Shown piece after piece: positions 45,426 to 57,459 of a stretch of 64,000 bases of DNA. The translations under genes and the position numbers were made by a program. The stretch lies in the NCBI RefSeq assembly GCF_009914755.1, contig NC_060937.1. The stretch is one strand, 5' to 3'. Source of the stretch: the human T2T-CHM13v2.0 reference genome, Homo sapiens. Numbering within the stretch: position 1 is the stretch's first letter; each line of letters opens with the position of its first letter. The notes beneath the pieces were generated by a model. The model saw only the letters and a list, made by a program, of their open reading frames with translations. It had not been told where the DNA came from and made no database searches.

Positions 45426-47519
45426 CAGACACCCTTCCCCCACCACTATCCCAGTGGCTTGTTAACAAAGCCTTCACCTGTACCCTCTGTCTCCACGGCA
45501 CACTATCCCATTGAGGACAGTGCAGGGCAAATAGGAAGAGGGACAGCCTGGTAAGAACGTATTTGTTCATATGCCTTGACTTAACGAGTTTGTTTGAAAT
45601 CATAGGGTTCTTTTGTTTGCTTTCAAAGTGAGTTCTCTAAAAACCCTCCATTGGGATGGAGGGAGGGGAACAGCAACGTTTGGGGTTTCCAAACGTTGTT
45701 TTATGACTGTGCAGCATCACCTGCTGTATTCTGTCAGTAAAGATGAAGGAAAAGAGTATGAAGCTTTCTGTAGATTCCCTTGTTTAATTAAAAATGCACA
45801 GACTAGACATCAAAGGCGCAGTTTTCCCCCTTTTAAAGAATTTGCGATCTCACCAGAAACAAATTACCCAACAAAATGACAGGCATTGAAGTTACTGAAA
45901 TCCTTAAGATCATTGTTGAGTGAGAATGTGGTGAATTTTAATCCCTAAAAACAACTCAGTTTCAAGGCACTGAGTAACTACTAAGATCAGCATATTGCAA
46001 TCCTAAAACCTGACAGATGTAGTTTGGAAATGATATTAATTTCTTCATAAGAGCACCTGCTCAAAGCAATGTGCAATGGGACCCAAAATTTAGAAACTAA
46101 AATTAAAAAAAGGTATATATGAGAAAAACCAGAGATTGATAGTGAGAGTAAGTAGAGAATGGTAAAAAATTTATCAGAGTGCAGATGTAGAATGTTCTTT
46201 CATAGGAATATAATTTGCTATAGCCAAGGACTATCTACTATAACAGTCATGCATATTTTACAGTGTGATTATGATAAAACTTTAAAGGCCTAATCTTTTG
46301 TTTCTACAATGTCAATTTGAAGGAGGACTTTGTATCTATTTCAACATTAAATGAGTATCAATTTAAGGGTTTATCTCTTCAACAGCTTGGATCAAAGCTT
46401 TTATAGCCCCTATTAAAGAATACTGTTAAATGCTTATGATTCCTGAGATATAAGTTTGACACATAAAATGTGCTGTGATTTAGAACAGAGTTAATTAACA
46501 GATGTATCTTTTCATGCATGGCCCTTAGCACTATTTTTTATTGTAACTTAAAGGAATAGTTTATTTAGTTCTCTCTCTTTTTTTCCTGTTTAATATTAAT
46601 AAAACACTGATAATATGAACAGACTTAGTGAGTACAGAATTGCATATATAAAAGGTACTGCCCACAGGTTGTATTCTAGGCCAAACTGCTAGCTACAGGA
46701 GAAAGTGACAGTAACGTTATGTTATTATTAAACTTAGGAAAAAATGGAAACATGATTCTTCAATAAATATTTATTGACTTTAGCTATGTGCTAGACATTG
46801 TTTTTGGTGCTATGAAGTCAGCGGTTGATGAGATTGTGCCCTAGAACTTCCATTCTGGTGAAACTTGCTCAAACCTTCCTGGGAGCATCGCCTCACTCGA
46901 GCAGACGACCAGAGGAGATAACTCAGGCTCAGGTTTTTAACTAGGTAAACACATAGTACAGATCTGAAAATACATTTTCCATTAACTTCCCTATTTTTCT
47001 GGAAAATGTTTCCTCCTTTATTAACAATGCAATTTTTTGCTTCCTAAGTAGCCCAGTAAAGATCTAATATAAATGGACACAGTTTACCTAGTGAGTCTAA
47101 GACTAGGTTATCATACAACTTACAGCTTTTTTCCCACAGGTATAATAAAACTTTCATAATTTTATGAACATTTGCTAAATGCTTTCTTTGCTTTATTGAC
47201 ATTTATAGTTTGGCTACTCACTCAGATTCTAGTGATTTTGTAACAATGGAATTAAAAAAATCTTATCCAGTGAGTTCTTTTTAACTCCAGTGAACTATAG
47301 ATTCTAGAGTAGTAGAACTGGAAGAGACCTGAGAGATCATCCAGTGTGTTATCAATCAGGAGACGAAGACACTGTGGCCCGGGGAAGGTAGGGGACTTGT
47401 GATCAAGCAGCTAAGTGGTACCAGAGTGGTCATTGGTTCAGCCTCGGTCTCGTGGTCCTGTATAGAACTCACACTATGATGTGAAGGTCTCTGATTGAGT
47501 TTTTGTTCATTTATCATAG

Positions 47520-47760
47520 GTTACAGACCACCCTGGAAAAGAAGAGTTTTGTTCTCCTCCCTATGCTCATTATGAAGTCCCTCCAACTTTCTATCGGTCA
47601 GCCATGCTCCTTAAGCCCCAGCTAGGATTGGGTGCAATGTCCCGTTTACCATCTGCAAAGAGCAGGATTCTGATTGCAAGTCAGAGGTCTTCAGCGAGCG
47701 CCATCCACCCACCAGGACCCATAACAACAGCCACCAGTCTCTACAGTTCCGATCCTTCAG
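47520..47760 (+). CDS. MTUS2: MTUS2 internal coding exon (241 bp), [20 protein letters not shown]...[10 protein letters not shown]...YSSDPS
   Basis: Acceptor ttgttcatttatcatag|G at 47519/47520; donor TTCAG|gtaacc at 47760/47761. Open in phase 0 from the previous exon and in the frame of ORF 47604. Confidence 0.92.
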
Positions 47761-49496
47761 GTAACCGATCCAACAGTTTCTGCCTTTTCCTGCTGTACGT
47801 TTAGATAGTCATCATGTAAGATGGTGATAATTGTCTAAAATATGAATGCCTTTCATCCTTTAAGGAGAGCCTTTTTCTGTTCTTCCATATGTCTGTAGAT
47901 GCAGACATTTGTGAAACTCATCTGTGTGCAACTGTCATCCTTCATGTCACCTTTAAACTGATGGCCCTTGTTACTACCATCCAGCTTTTCATAATTTCTT
48001 GCTTCTCTAATATGCCCTATAAAACAAGGCTCAGAAGTTGTTTTCTGTCAAGGGCCAAAGAGTAAATATTTTGGAGTATGTAGGTCCTAAGGGGTTAATG
48101 TCATAACTGTTTAGGGCCTTGGTCCATTTGGTGTCGAGACAGAGAGAAGGTAGAGCCAAAGAAGTTCCAGACTCACTGGGCATGGGCTGCAAGAGAGAAA
48201 GCCATGGAGGAGAACTCCGGGTTTCTGGCCTGAGCAACTGGAAGAATGGAGTTGCCACATAGAGAAGTGCGTTTAGAAAGGCAGATAAGAGTCAAGCAAG
48301 GACATGAGAAGTTTGAAATGTCTTTGGTCATCCGGCAGGATACAGCATGGGATTTATGGGACTGGAGTTTAGAGGACAGGACCTGGCTAGAGATGTAAAA
48401 GCATTATCTGTAGGCAGAGAGATGATATTCAAAGCTGTGATGCTGTCCTTCACCAAGCTACCATTGCTGTCCCCCACCACTGCACCTTCATCAGGATGTT
48501 ATAAATTTGATGTGAACTTGAATTATGCACCTTTGAAATAGTATGATGTGACAAATGTTCACAGTTTTACTTTATGCACAAAATATGGAAAAACTTCAAA
48601 GTTATAAAAATAATCTTAGTTGAGTTTGTTTTGCAACAGTCAAGGTTTTAAGACTATACTACTGCATAAAAATACCACCGTGATACAGACAGGCAGATCA
48701 AATTCTTCTGAGGCTGGCTCATTCATATTTACACATTTTTGTAATAAGGGTGTCACTTCTTCAAACTCAGTTCAGTCCTAGAAGTACACATATGAGGGGC
48801 TGCCTCCATCCTACTCCTTCAGGACTCAAACACTTTTCCTTGGGTTTGTGGGTGTCTTAATTTAGAGAACAATGTATGTTCCCATGGTTGATCATTGGAC
48901 ACCCAGCAAAACTAGTAACACTGATGGGTATCACTCCTACAGGGCATGGAAGATGTCACATGCCTTCTTAGCGCTGCTTGGGGGATCACCTGCCAGAGGC
49001 TCTGGGACAATGAGAGGTTCTTAATTTGGAGACCAGGGAGCTTTAGAGGGCAAGGACTCAGCTCCCTTGGCCCCTGAGCCCTTGAGCCAGGCCAGTAGCT
49101 CTTGGCTTGGCCTGGTCACTTGGCCGATTGCAGGCAGCAGGCCCTTTCCCTTGTCAGACAGCTTTGCTAGAATCCCTGGTGCCTCCATCTTCAACTTTGG
49201 CAATATGCCTTATTAATTCTCTTCTTTTCTTTCTGCTGAAACCTTTCCATTTTTCTTCATGTTGTCCTCAGAGATATTCCCTTGCTCCTCAATCCCTGTT
49301 TTCTTTTTATTTCACAAGAGACTTAGATGGTTCACTGAACACAGAGCCAAAGCCATTATCCACCAAACACTATTGATAGTTTCCCTTAACTTGAGATCTA
49401 GGAGGCTTAACTTTCAGACTGTCCCAGGAAATGAAGAGAAATACCTGGAATAAAAAATAACTTCTGGAATAACAAAGAAAAAGAAAAAGAAAAACC

Positions 49497-49810
<314 letters not shown>

Positions 49811-50059
49811 AACCCAACAGCTAAGATTCCACATGGAGGCACTGTGAGTACCTTCCCAAGGCCACTCTCAGTTTGTTCCTCCATTACAAAAAGTCCTCTG
49901 ACGGAAGGGAGTGAGAGTCACCTAAGACTCAAATTCAGAAAGCTGTGGCGAAGAAGAAACAGTTGGCACTTTTTGATAATTATGTATTGTACATTTACCA
50001 TGTTTTAGCCCAAATCTCAAAGGTAAACAAGGACAGATTTGTTTACATCTAACCTCCTT

Positions 50060-52540
50060 ACAATTATGTGGTCAATTTTAGAGTAAGTGTGACATGGTGC
50101 TGAGGAGAATGTATATTCTATCAGATTGGGGTGGAGAGTTCTGTAGATGTCTATTAAGTTGGCTTGGTCCAGAGCTGAGTTCAAATCCTGAATATCCTTG
50201 TTAATTTTGTCTCGTTGATCTGTCTAATATTGACAGTGGGGTGTTAAAGTGTCCCACTATTATTGTGTGGGAGTCTAAGTCTCTTTGTAGGTCTCTAAGA
50301 ACTTGCTTTATGAATCTGGGTGCTCCTGTATTAGGTGCATATATATTTAGGATAGTTAGCTCTTCTTGTTGCATTGATCCCTTTACCATTATATAATGCC
50401 CTTTTTTATCTTTTTTGATCTTTGTTGGTTTAAAGTCTGTTTTATCAGAGATTAGGATTGCAACCCTTGTCTTTTTTTTTTTTGGTTTCCATTTGCTTGG
50501 TAAATATTCCTCCGTCCCTTTATTTTGGGCCTATGTGTGTCTTTACACGTGAGATGGGTCTCCTGAATACAGCACACTGATGGGTCTTGATTCTTTATCG
50601 AATTTGCCAGTCTGTGTCTTTTAAGTGGGGTGTTTACCCCGTTTACATTTAAGGTTAATATTGTTATGTGTGAATTTGACCCTGTCATTATGATGCTGGC
50701 TGGTTATTTTGCCTGTTAGTTGATGGAGTTTCTTCATAGTGTTGATGGTAATTACAATTTGGTATGTTTTTGAAGTGACTGGTTACTGATTATTCCTTTC
50801 CAAATTTAGTGCTTCCTTCAGGAGCTCTTGTAAGGCAGGCCTGGTGGTGACACAATCTCTCAGCATTTGCTTGTCTGTCAAGGATTTTATTTCTCCTTCG
50901 CTTATGAAGTTTAGTTTGGCTGGATATGAAATTCTGGGTTGAAAATCCTTTTCTTTAAGAATGTTGAATATTGGCTCCCACTCTCTTCTGGCTTGTAGAG
51001 TTTCTGCTGAGAGATCCACTGTTAAGCTGATGGACTTCCCTTTGTGGCTAACCCAACCTTTCTCTCTTGTCTGCCCTTAACATTTTTTCCTTCATTTCAA
51101 CCTTGGTGAATCATATAATTATGTGTCTTGGGGTTGCTCTTCTTGAGGAGTATCTTTGTGATGTTCTGAGTATTTCCTGAAATTGAATATTGGCCTGTCT
51201 TGCTAGGTTGGGGAAGTTCTCCTGGATAATATCCTGAAGTGTGTTTTCCAACTCGGTTCCATTCTCCCCGTCATTTTCAGGTACACCAATCAAATGTAGG
51301 TTTGGTCTTTTCACATGGTCCCATATTTCTTGGAGGCTTTGTTCATTCCTTTTCATTCTTTTTTCTCTAATGTTGTCTTCATGCTTTATTTCATTAAGTT
51401 GGTCTTCAATCTCTGATATCCTTTCTTCCACTTGATCGATTCAGCTATTGATACTTGTGTATTCTTCACGAAGTTTTCATGCTGTGTTTTCAGCTCCATC
51501 AGGTCATTTATGTTCTTCTCTAGACTGGTTATTCTAGTTAGCAATTCATCTAACCTTTTTTCAAGGTGCTTAGCTTCCTTGCATTGGGTTAGAACATGCT
51601 CCTTTAGCTCAGAAGAGTTTGTTGTTACCCACGTTTTGAAGCCTACTTCTGTCAATTCATCAAATTCATTCTCCATCCAGTTTTGCTCCCTTGCTGGCAA
51701 GGAGTTATGATCCTTTGGAGGACAAGAGGCGTTCTGGTGTTTGGAATTTTCAGCCTTTTTGTGCTGGTTTTCCCTCATCTTCATGGATTTATCTACCTTT
51801 GTTATTTGATGTTGGTGATCTTCAGATGGGACATCTTTTTTGTTGATGTTGATGTTACTGCTTTTGCATGGGCGTCCTTTTTGTTGATGTTGATATTATT
51901 GCATTCTGTTAGTTTTCCTTTTATCAGTCAGGCTCCTCCTCTGCAGGTCTGCTGGAGTTTGCTGGAGGTCCACTCCAGACCCTATTAGCCTGGGTATCAC
52001 CAGTGGAGGCAGCAGAACAGCAAAGATTGCTGCCTGCTCCTTCCTCTGGAAGCTTTGTCCCAGAGGGTCACCCTCCAGATACCAGCCGGAGCTCTCCTGT
52101 ATGAGGTGTCTGTCTGCCCCTGCTGGGAGGTGTCTCCCAGTCAGGAGGCATGGAGTTCAGGGACCCACTTGAGGAGGCAGTCTGACCCTTAGCAGAGCTC
52201 CAGCGCTGTGCTGGGAGATCCACTGCTCTCTTCAGAGCCGACAGGCAGGAATGTTTAAGTCTGCTGAAGCTGCACCCACAGCTGCCCCATCCCCCAGGGT
52301 GCCCTGTCCCAGGGAGATGGGAGTTTTATCTATAAGCCCCTTACTGGGGCTGCTGCCTTTCTTTCAGAGATGCCCTGCCCAGACGGGAGGAATCTAGAGA
52401 GGCAGTCTGGTTACAGCCACTTTGGGGTGCTGCGGTGGGCTCCGCCCAGCTCGAACTTTCCGGTGGCTTTGTTTACACTGTAAGGGGAAAACCACCTACT
52501 CAAGCCTCAGGAATTGCCCCTCCCTCACCAAGCTCGACCA
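50060..52540 (-). mobile_element. L1PA (L1PA7/8-like), 5' half only: partial 5'UTR, frameshifted ORF1, start of ORF2 endonuclease
   Basis: ORF1 pieces 51386-51784, 51111-51431, 50783-51019. ORF2 EN pieces 50452-50688 (MTGSNSHITILTLNVNG) and 50201-50389. 5'UTR ends at cctactcaagcctcag...ccaagctcgacc (52540). No 3'UTR or poly-A. Confidence 0.9.
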
Positions 52541-52894
52541 CCAGGCTGCGGGCGGGCCTGGGGTGCCGGGCCTTCCAAAGCCACCACTTCATGTAGGCCA
52601 GGTGAGCCTCGGAAAAGTCTGGCCCGGTGATGCTCAGGAGTGGTGGGCTGTTGGGAAAGCGCCTCCAGGCCTTGGGGACCATCTCTCTCTGGATGCTGGA
52701 TAGACCCAGCCAGGAGGAGCCTTGGGGAGGGGCCAGGTGCGGACCCAGTGCTTCCCATTGACATAGAGGACTTTGTAGCGGTCCTTGACCTTGGAGCGGA
52801 GGACGGGCCTGGACCGCATATCCTGGTGCTTCTGGGCTCGGGGCAGCACCCTGGCCCGGGGCTAGCCCAGGAGCCAGCTCAGGTAGCTGCCCAT
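52541..52894 (-). pseudogene. POM121-like (POM121L2-type) gene fragment, disrupted and 3'-truncated
   Basis: ATG at 52894 in good Kozak context (gtcATGg). Translation MGSYLSWLLG*PRARVLPRAQKHQDMRSRPVLRSKVKDRYKVLYVNGKHWVRTWPLPKAPPGW, frameshift, then QREMVPKAWRRFPNSPPLLSITGPDFSEAHLAYMKWWLWKARHPRPARSLV. Resembles the recalled POM121L2 N-terminus (MGSFLSK...EAWRRFP...YLKRTIWSLRHPRPIWSPV). Confidence 0.7.
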
Positions 52895-53160
52895 GACAAC
52901 AGTGCAGTGGTAGGGACCTTCCCTTAGAAATTCGGCTTCCAGAAGTTTCCGAAGTCTGCGGCTGGGGCCAAGTGTGCAGAGCTTGGTGACCATTGGAATC
53001 AGGACGCCAGAAACTGTGCAAAGCATCGCGCGCCGGGCACCCTCTGGCCATAGGGTCCCGCAAGGGCTAGGCCGGCGCGTCACGGAATCAGGGATGTCAC
53101 AGGGCGCAGCTGCAGCGGGGGAGGGCAGCACCCAGACCATCTGGGGGACCGGGGAAGCTC
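52895..53160 (-). promoter_or_regulatory. CpG-rich putative promoter/5'UTR of the POM121-like fragment
   Basis: High GC and CpG density compared with the surrounding intron. On the minus strand TGACATC (53093-53099) and TGACG (53078-53082) are CRE-like half sites about 190 nt upstream of the ATG. Confidence 0.45.
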
Positions 53161-53599
53161 AAGCTTCTATCCTTCCCACTGATGGTCCCAGTCACTTGGC
53201 TCTGGGCAGAGGGGGCCTAGCAGCTGCCTCTACTTTTGTGCCTGACCTTTAAAGGTAGAAGATAGAATTTCTGCCAGGTCCTGAAAACTGCAGATGCCTG
53301 TTGACAGAAGGGTGCTGTCTTTGATCAGTGTGAAAATGAACACAATACACTTGGATACTCTTTCAAGGAAAAACAAATCATTTACTCATATCAGTAAAGG
53401 TGATGTGTGTTTCATTCTTCTAGGATGGATGTTAATGTCACTTTTTGCAATTTTGCTGTTAAGAAAATGGAGTCATCAAGTTTTGTTTTAGCACAGGCAA
53501 TGTTGATTTTACGTGGATTTCCCATAATTTCCAGCCTTCCTACATCCATGAATAGATTGTCTGTCTCTGAACACTACTGTCATTTCTCTCGTTTAATTT

Positions 53600-56500
53600 C
53601 TCTTTATTTTTGAAATATTATTTCAGTAGTTTTTGGGGGAAAGGTGATGTTTGGTTATATGTATAAGTTATTTAGTTGTGATTTCTGAGGTCTTGGTGCA
53701 CCCATTATTCAAGCAGTGTACACTGCACCTGATGTGTAATCTTTTATCCCTCACTCACCTCCCACCCATTCCCCAAGTCCCCAAAGTCCATTGTATCATT
53801 CTTATGCCTTTGCATCCTCATAGCTTAGCTCCCACTTATGCGTGAGAACATATGATGTTTACTTTTCCATTCCTGAGTTACTTCGCTTAGAATAATGGTC
53901 TCCAACTTCATCCAGGTTGCTGCGAATGCCATTATTTCATTCCTTTTTAAGGCTCATTAGTATTTCATAGTACATTTGTACCACATTGTCTTTATTCACT
54001 CGTTAATTGATGGGCATTTGGGCTGATTCCATATTTTTGCAATTGCGAATTCTGCTATTATAAACGTGTGTGCAAGTATCTTGTATAATGATTTCTTTTC
54101 CTCTGGGTAGATACCCAGTAGGGTATTGCTGGATCAAATGGTAGTTCTACTTTTAGTTCTTTAAGGAGTCTCCACACTGCTTTCTATAGTGATTTGTACT
54201 AGTTTACATTCCCACCAGCAGTATATAAGTGTTCCCTTTTCACCACATCCACACCAACATCTATTATTTTTTGATTTTTTGATTATGGCATTCTTGCAGG
54301 AGTAAGGTGGTATCACATTGTGGTTTTGATTTGCATCTCCCTGATAATTAGTAATGATGATCATTTTTTCATATGTTTGTTGGCTATTTGTATATTTGAG
54401 AATTGTCTATTCATTTCTTTAGTCTACTTTTTGATGGGATTATTTGTTTTTTTCTTGCTTATTGGTTTGAGTTGCTCATAGATTCTGGATATTAGTCCTT
54501 TGTCAGATGCATAGTTTGCAAAGATTTTCTCCCACTCTGTGGGTTGTCTGTTTACTCTGCTGATTATTGCTTTTACTGTGCAGAAGCTTTTTAGTTGAAT
54601 TAAGTCCCAGCTATTTATCTCTGTTTTTTTTCCATTTGCTTTTGGGTTCGTGGTCATAAAATCCTTGCCTACGATAATGTCTAGAAGGGTTTTTCCGATG
54701 TTATCTTCTAGAATTTTTGTGGTTTCAGGTCTTAGATTTAAGTCTTTGATCCATCTTGAGTTAATTTTTGTATAATGTGAGAGATGAAGGTCCAATTTCA
54801 TTATTCTTGCCAATTATCCCAGCACCATTTGTTGAATATGGTGTGCTTTCTCCAGTTTATGTTTTTGTTTGCGTTATTAAAGATCAGTTGGTTGTAGGTA
54901 TTTGGCTTTATTTCTGGGTTCTTTATTCTGTTCCATTGGTCTGTGAGCCTATTTTCATACCAGCACCATACTGTTTTGGTAACTTTAGCCTTATGGTATA
55001 GTTTGAAGTCAGGTAATGTGATGCCTCCAGATTTGTTCTTTTTGCTTAGCCTTACTTTGGGTATGTGGATTCTTTTTTGGTTCTATATGAATTTTAGAAT
55101 TGTTCTAGTTCTGTGAAGAATGATGGTGGTATATTGATGGAAATTGCCTTGAATTTGTAGATTGCTTTTGGCAGTGTGGTCATTTTTACAATATTGATTC
55201 TACCCATCCATGAGCATGGCATATGTTTCCATTTGTTTGTGTCATCTGTGATTTTTTTTGGCAGTGTTTTGTAATTTTCCTGGTAGAGGTCTTTCCCCTC
55301 TTTGGTTAGGTGTAATATACTCCTGAATGTTCTGTTGTGTTTATTTGTTTGTTTGTTTTGCAGCTGTTGTAAAAGGGGTTGAGTTCTTGATTTTATTTTC
55401 AGCTTGGTTGCTGTTGGTGTATAGCAGTGCTACTGATCTGTGTATATTGATTTTGTATCCTGAAACATTGCTGAATTCATTTATCAGTTCTAAGAGCTTT
55501 GAGGATGAGGCTTTAGGGTTTTCTAGGTACACCATTATATCATTGGTGAACAGTGACAGTTTGACTTCGTCTTTACTGATTTGGATGCCTTTTATTTCTT
55601 TCACTTGTCTGATTGCTCTGGTTTGGACTTCCAGTACTATGTTGAAGAGAAGTGGTGAAAGTGGGCATCCTTGACTTGTTCCAGTTCTCAGAGGGAATGC
55701 TTTTAGCTTTTCCCCATTCAGTATAATGTTGGCTGTGGCGTTGTCATAGATGGCTTTTATTACCTTAAAGTATGTCCTTTCTGTGCTGATTTTGCTGAGG
55801 GTTTTAATCATAAAGGGATGGTGGATTTTGTCAAATGCTTTTTCTGTGTCTATTGAGATGATCATGTTATTTTTGTTTTTAATTCTGTTTATGTCATATA
55901 TCACATTTATTAACTTGCTTATGTTAAACCACCCCTGCATCCCTACTATGAAACGCACTTGATCATGGAGGATTACCTTTTTTGTATGCTGTTTGATTCC
56001 ATTAGCTAGTATTTTGTTGAGGATTTTTGTATCTACGTTCATCAGGAAGATTGGTCTGTAATGTTTCTTTTTTGTGATGTTCTTTCCTGGTTTTAGTATT
56101 AGGGTGATACTGGCTTCATAGAATGATTTAGGGAGGATTCCCTCTTTGTCTGTCTTTTGAATTAGTGTCAATAGGATTTGTACCAGTTCTTCTTTGAAGG
56201 TCTCATAGAATTCAACTGTGAACTCGTCTGGTCCTGGACTTTTTCTTGTTGGCAATTTTTTTTATTATCATTTCAATCTTGCTGCTTATTACTGGTCTGT
56301 TCGGAATTTAATTTCATTGTGGTTTAATCTAGGAATGTTGTATATTTCCAGGAACTTATTTATCTCCTCTAGATTTTCTACTATGTGCATGCAAAGGTGT
56401 TCATAGTAGCCTGGAATGATCTTTTGTATTTCTGTGGTAGCAGTTATAATATCCCCTGTTTTGTTTCTAATCTAGTTTATTTGGATCTTCCCTCCTCTTT

Positions 56501-57380
56501 TCTTGGCTAATCTTGCTAATGGTCTATCAATTTTGTCTATCTTTTCAAAGACCTAGCTTTTGTTTCATTTATCTTTTGTATAATTTTTTCTTACAATTGT
56601 ATTTAGTTCTGCTCTGATCTTTGTTAGTTCTTTTCTTCTCTGGGTTTGGGTTTGGTTTGTTCTTGTTTCTCTAGTTTCTTGAGGTGTGACCTTAGATTGT
56701 CTGTTTGTCCTTTTTCCAATTTTTTGATGCAGGCACTGCTTTTGCTGTATCCCAAAGCTTTTCATAGGTTGTGTCACTGTTATTCAGTTGAAACAATTTT
56801 TTAATTTCTATCTTGATTTCATTATTGATGCAACAATCTTTCAAGAGCAGGTTGTTTAATTTCCATGTATTTGCCTGCTTTTGAGGGTTCCTTTTCAAAT
56901 TGATTTCCAGTTTTATTCCACTGTAGTTTGAGAGAGTACTTGATATAATTTCAATTTTCTGAAGTTTATCGAGACTTCTTTTGTGGCCTATCATATGCTC
57001 TATTTTGAAGAATGTTCCATGTGCTGATGAATGTACATTCTGTAGTTGTTGGGTAGAATGTTCTGTAAATATCTGTTAAGTCCATTTGTTCTAGGGTATA
57101 GTTTAAGTCCATTGTTGTTTTGTTGACTTTCTGTCTTCATGACCTGTCTAGTGCTGTCAGTGGGGTACTGAAGTCTCCCACTATTATTTTATTGCAGTCT
57201 ATGTCATATGTCATTTTTTTTAGTTTTAGTAGTAATTATTTTATAAATTTGGGAGCTCCAGTGTTAGAGATATATATATATATATTTAGGGTTGTGATAT
57301 TTTCCTGTTGGACTAGTCCTTTTATCATTATATAATCTTCCTGTTTGTCTTTTTTAACTGCTTTTGTTTTAAAGTCTGTT
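53600..57380 (-). mobile_element. L1PB1-like 5'-truncated LINE-1 (ORF2 remnant plus 3'UTR)
   Basis: L1PB-type 3' end (gtttttgggggaaaggtgatgtttggtta...ccccaagtccccaaagtccattgtatcattc). RT ORF 55341-56255 and other ORF2 pieces. Ends within the EN region at about 57380. Confidence 0.88.
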
Positions 57381-57459
57381 TCTCTAGACTTTAAACAATA
57401 AAGTCTGATTGTTTAAAGTCTGATATAACAGACTTTATATCAGATAAACAATTAGCTAG

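Noticed and set aside
51825-51905. About 42-bp tandem duplication in the L1 5'UTR
   Set aside because: Local slippage duplication within a dead L1; no sign of function.
52500-53063. 187-aa ORF as an intact protein-coding gene
   Set aside because: Starts at TTG, only its last ~50 codons are in the POM121-like frame, and it ends in L1 5'UTR; better explained as a frameshifted pseudogene.
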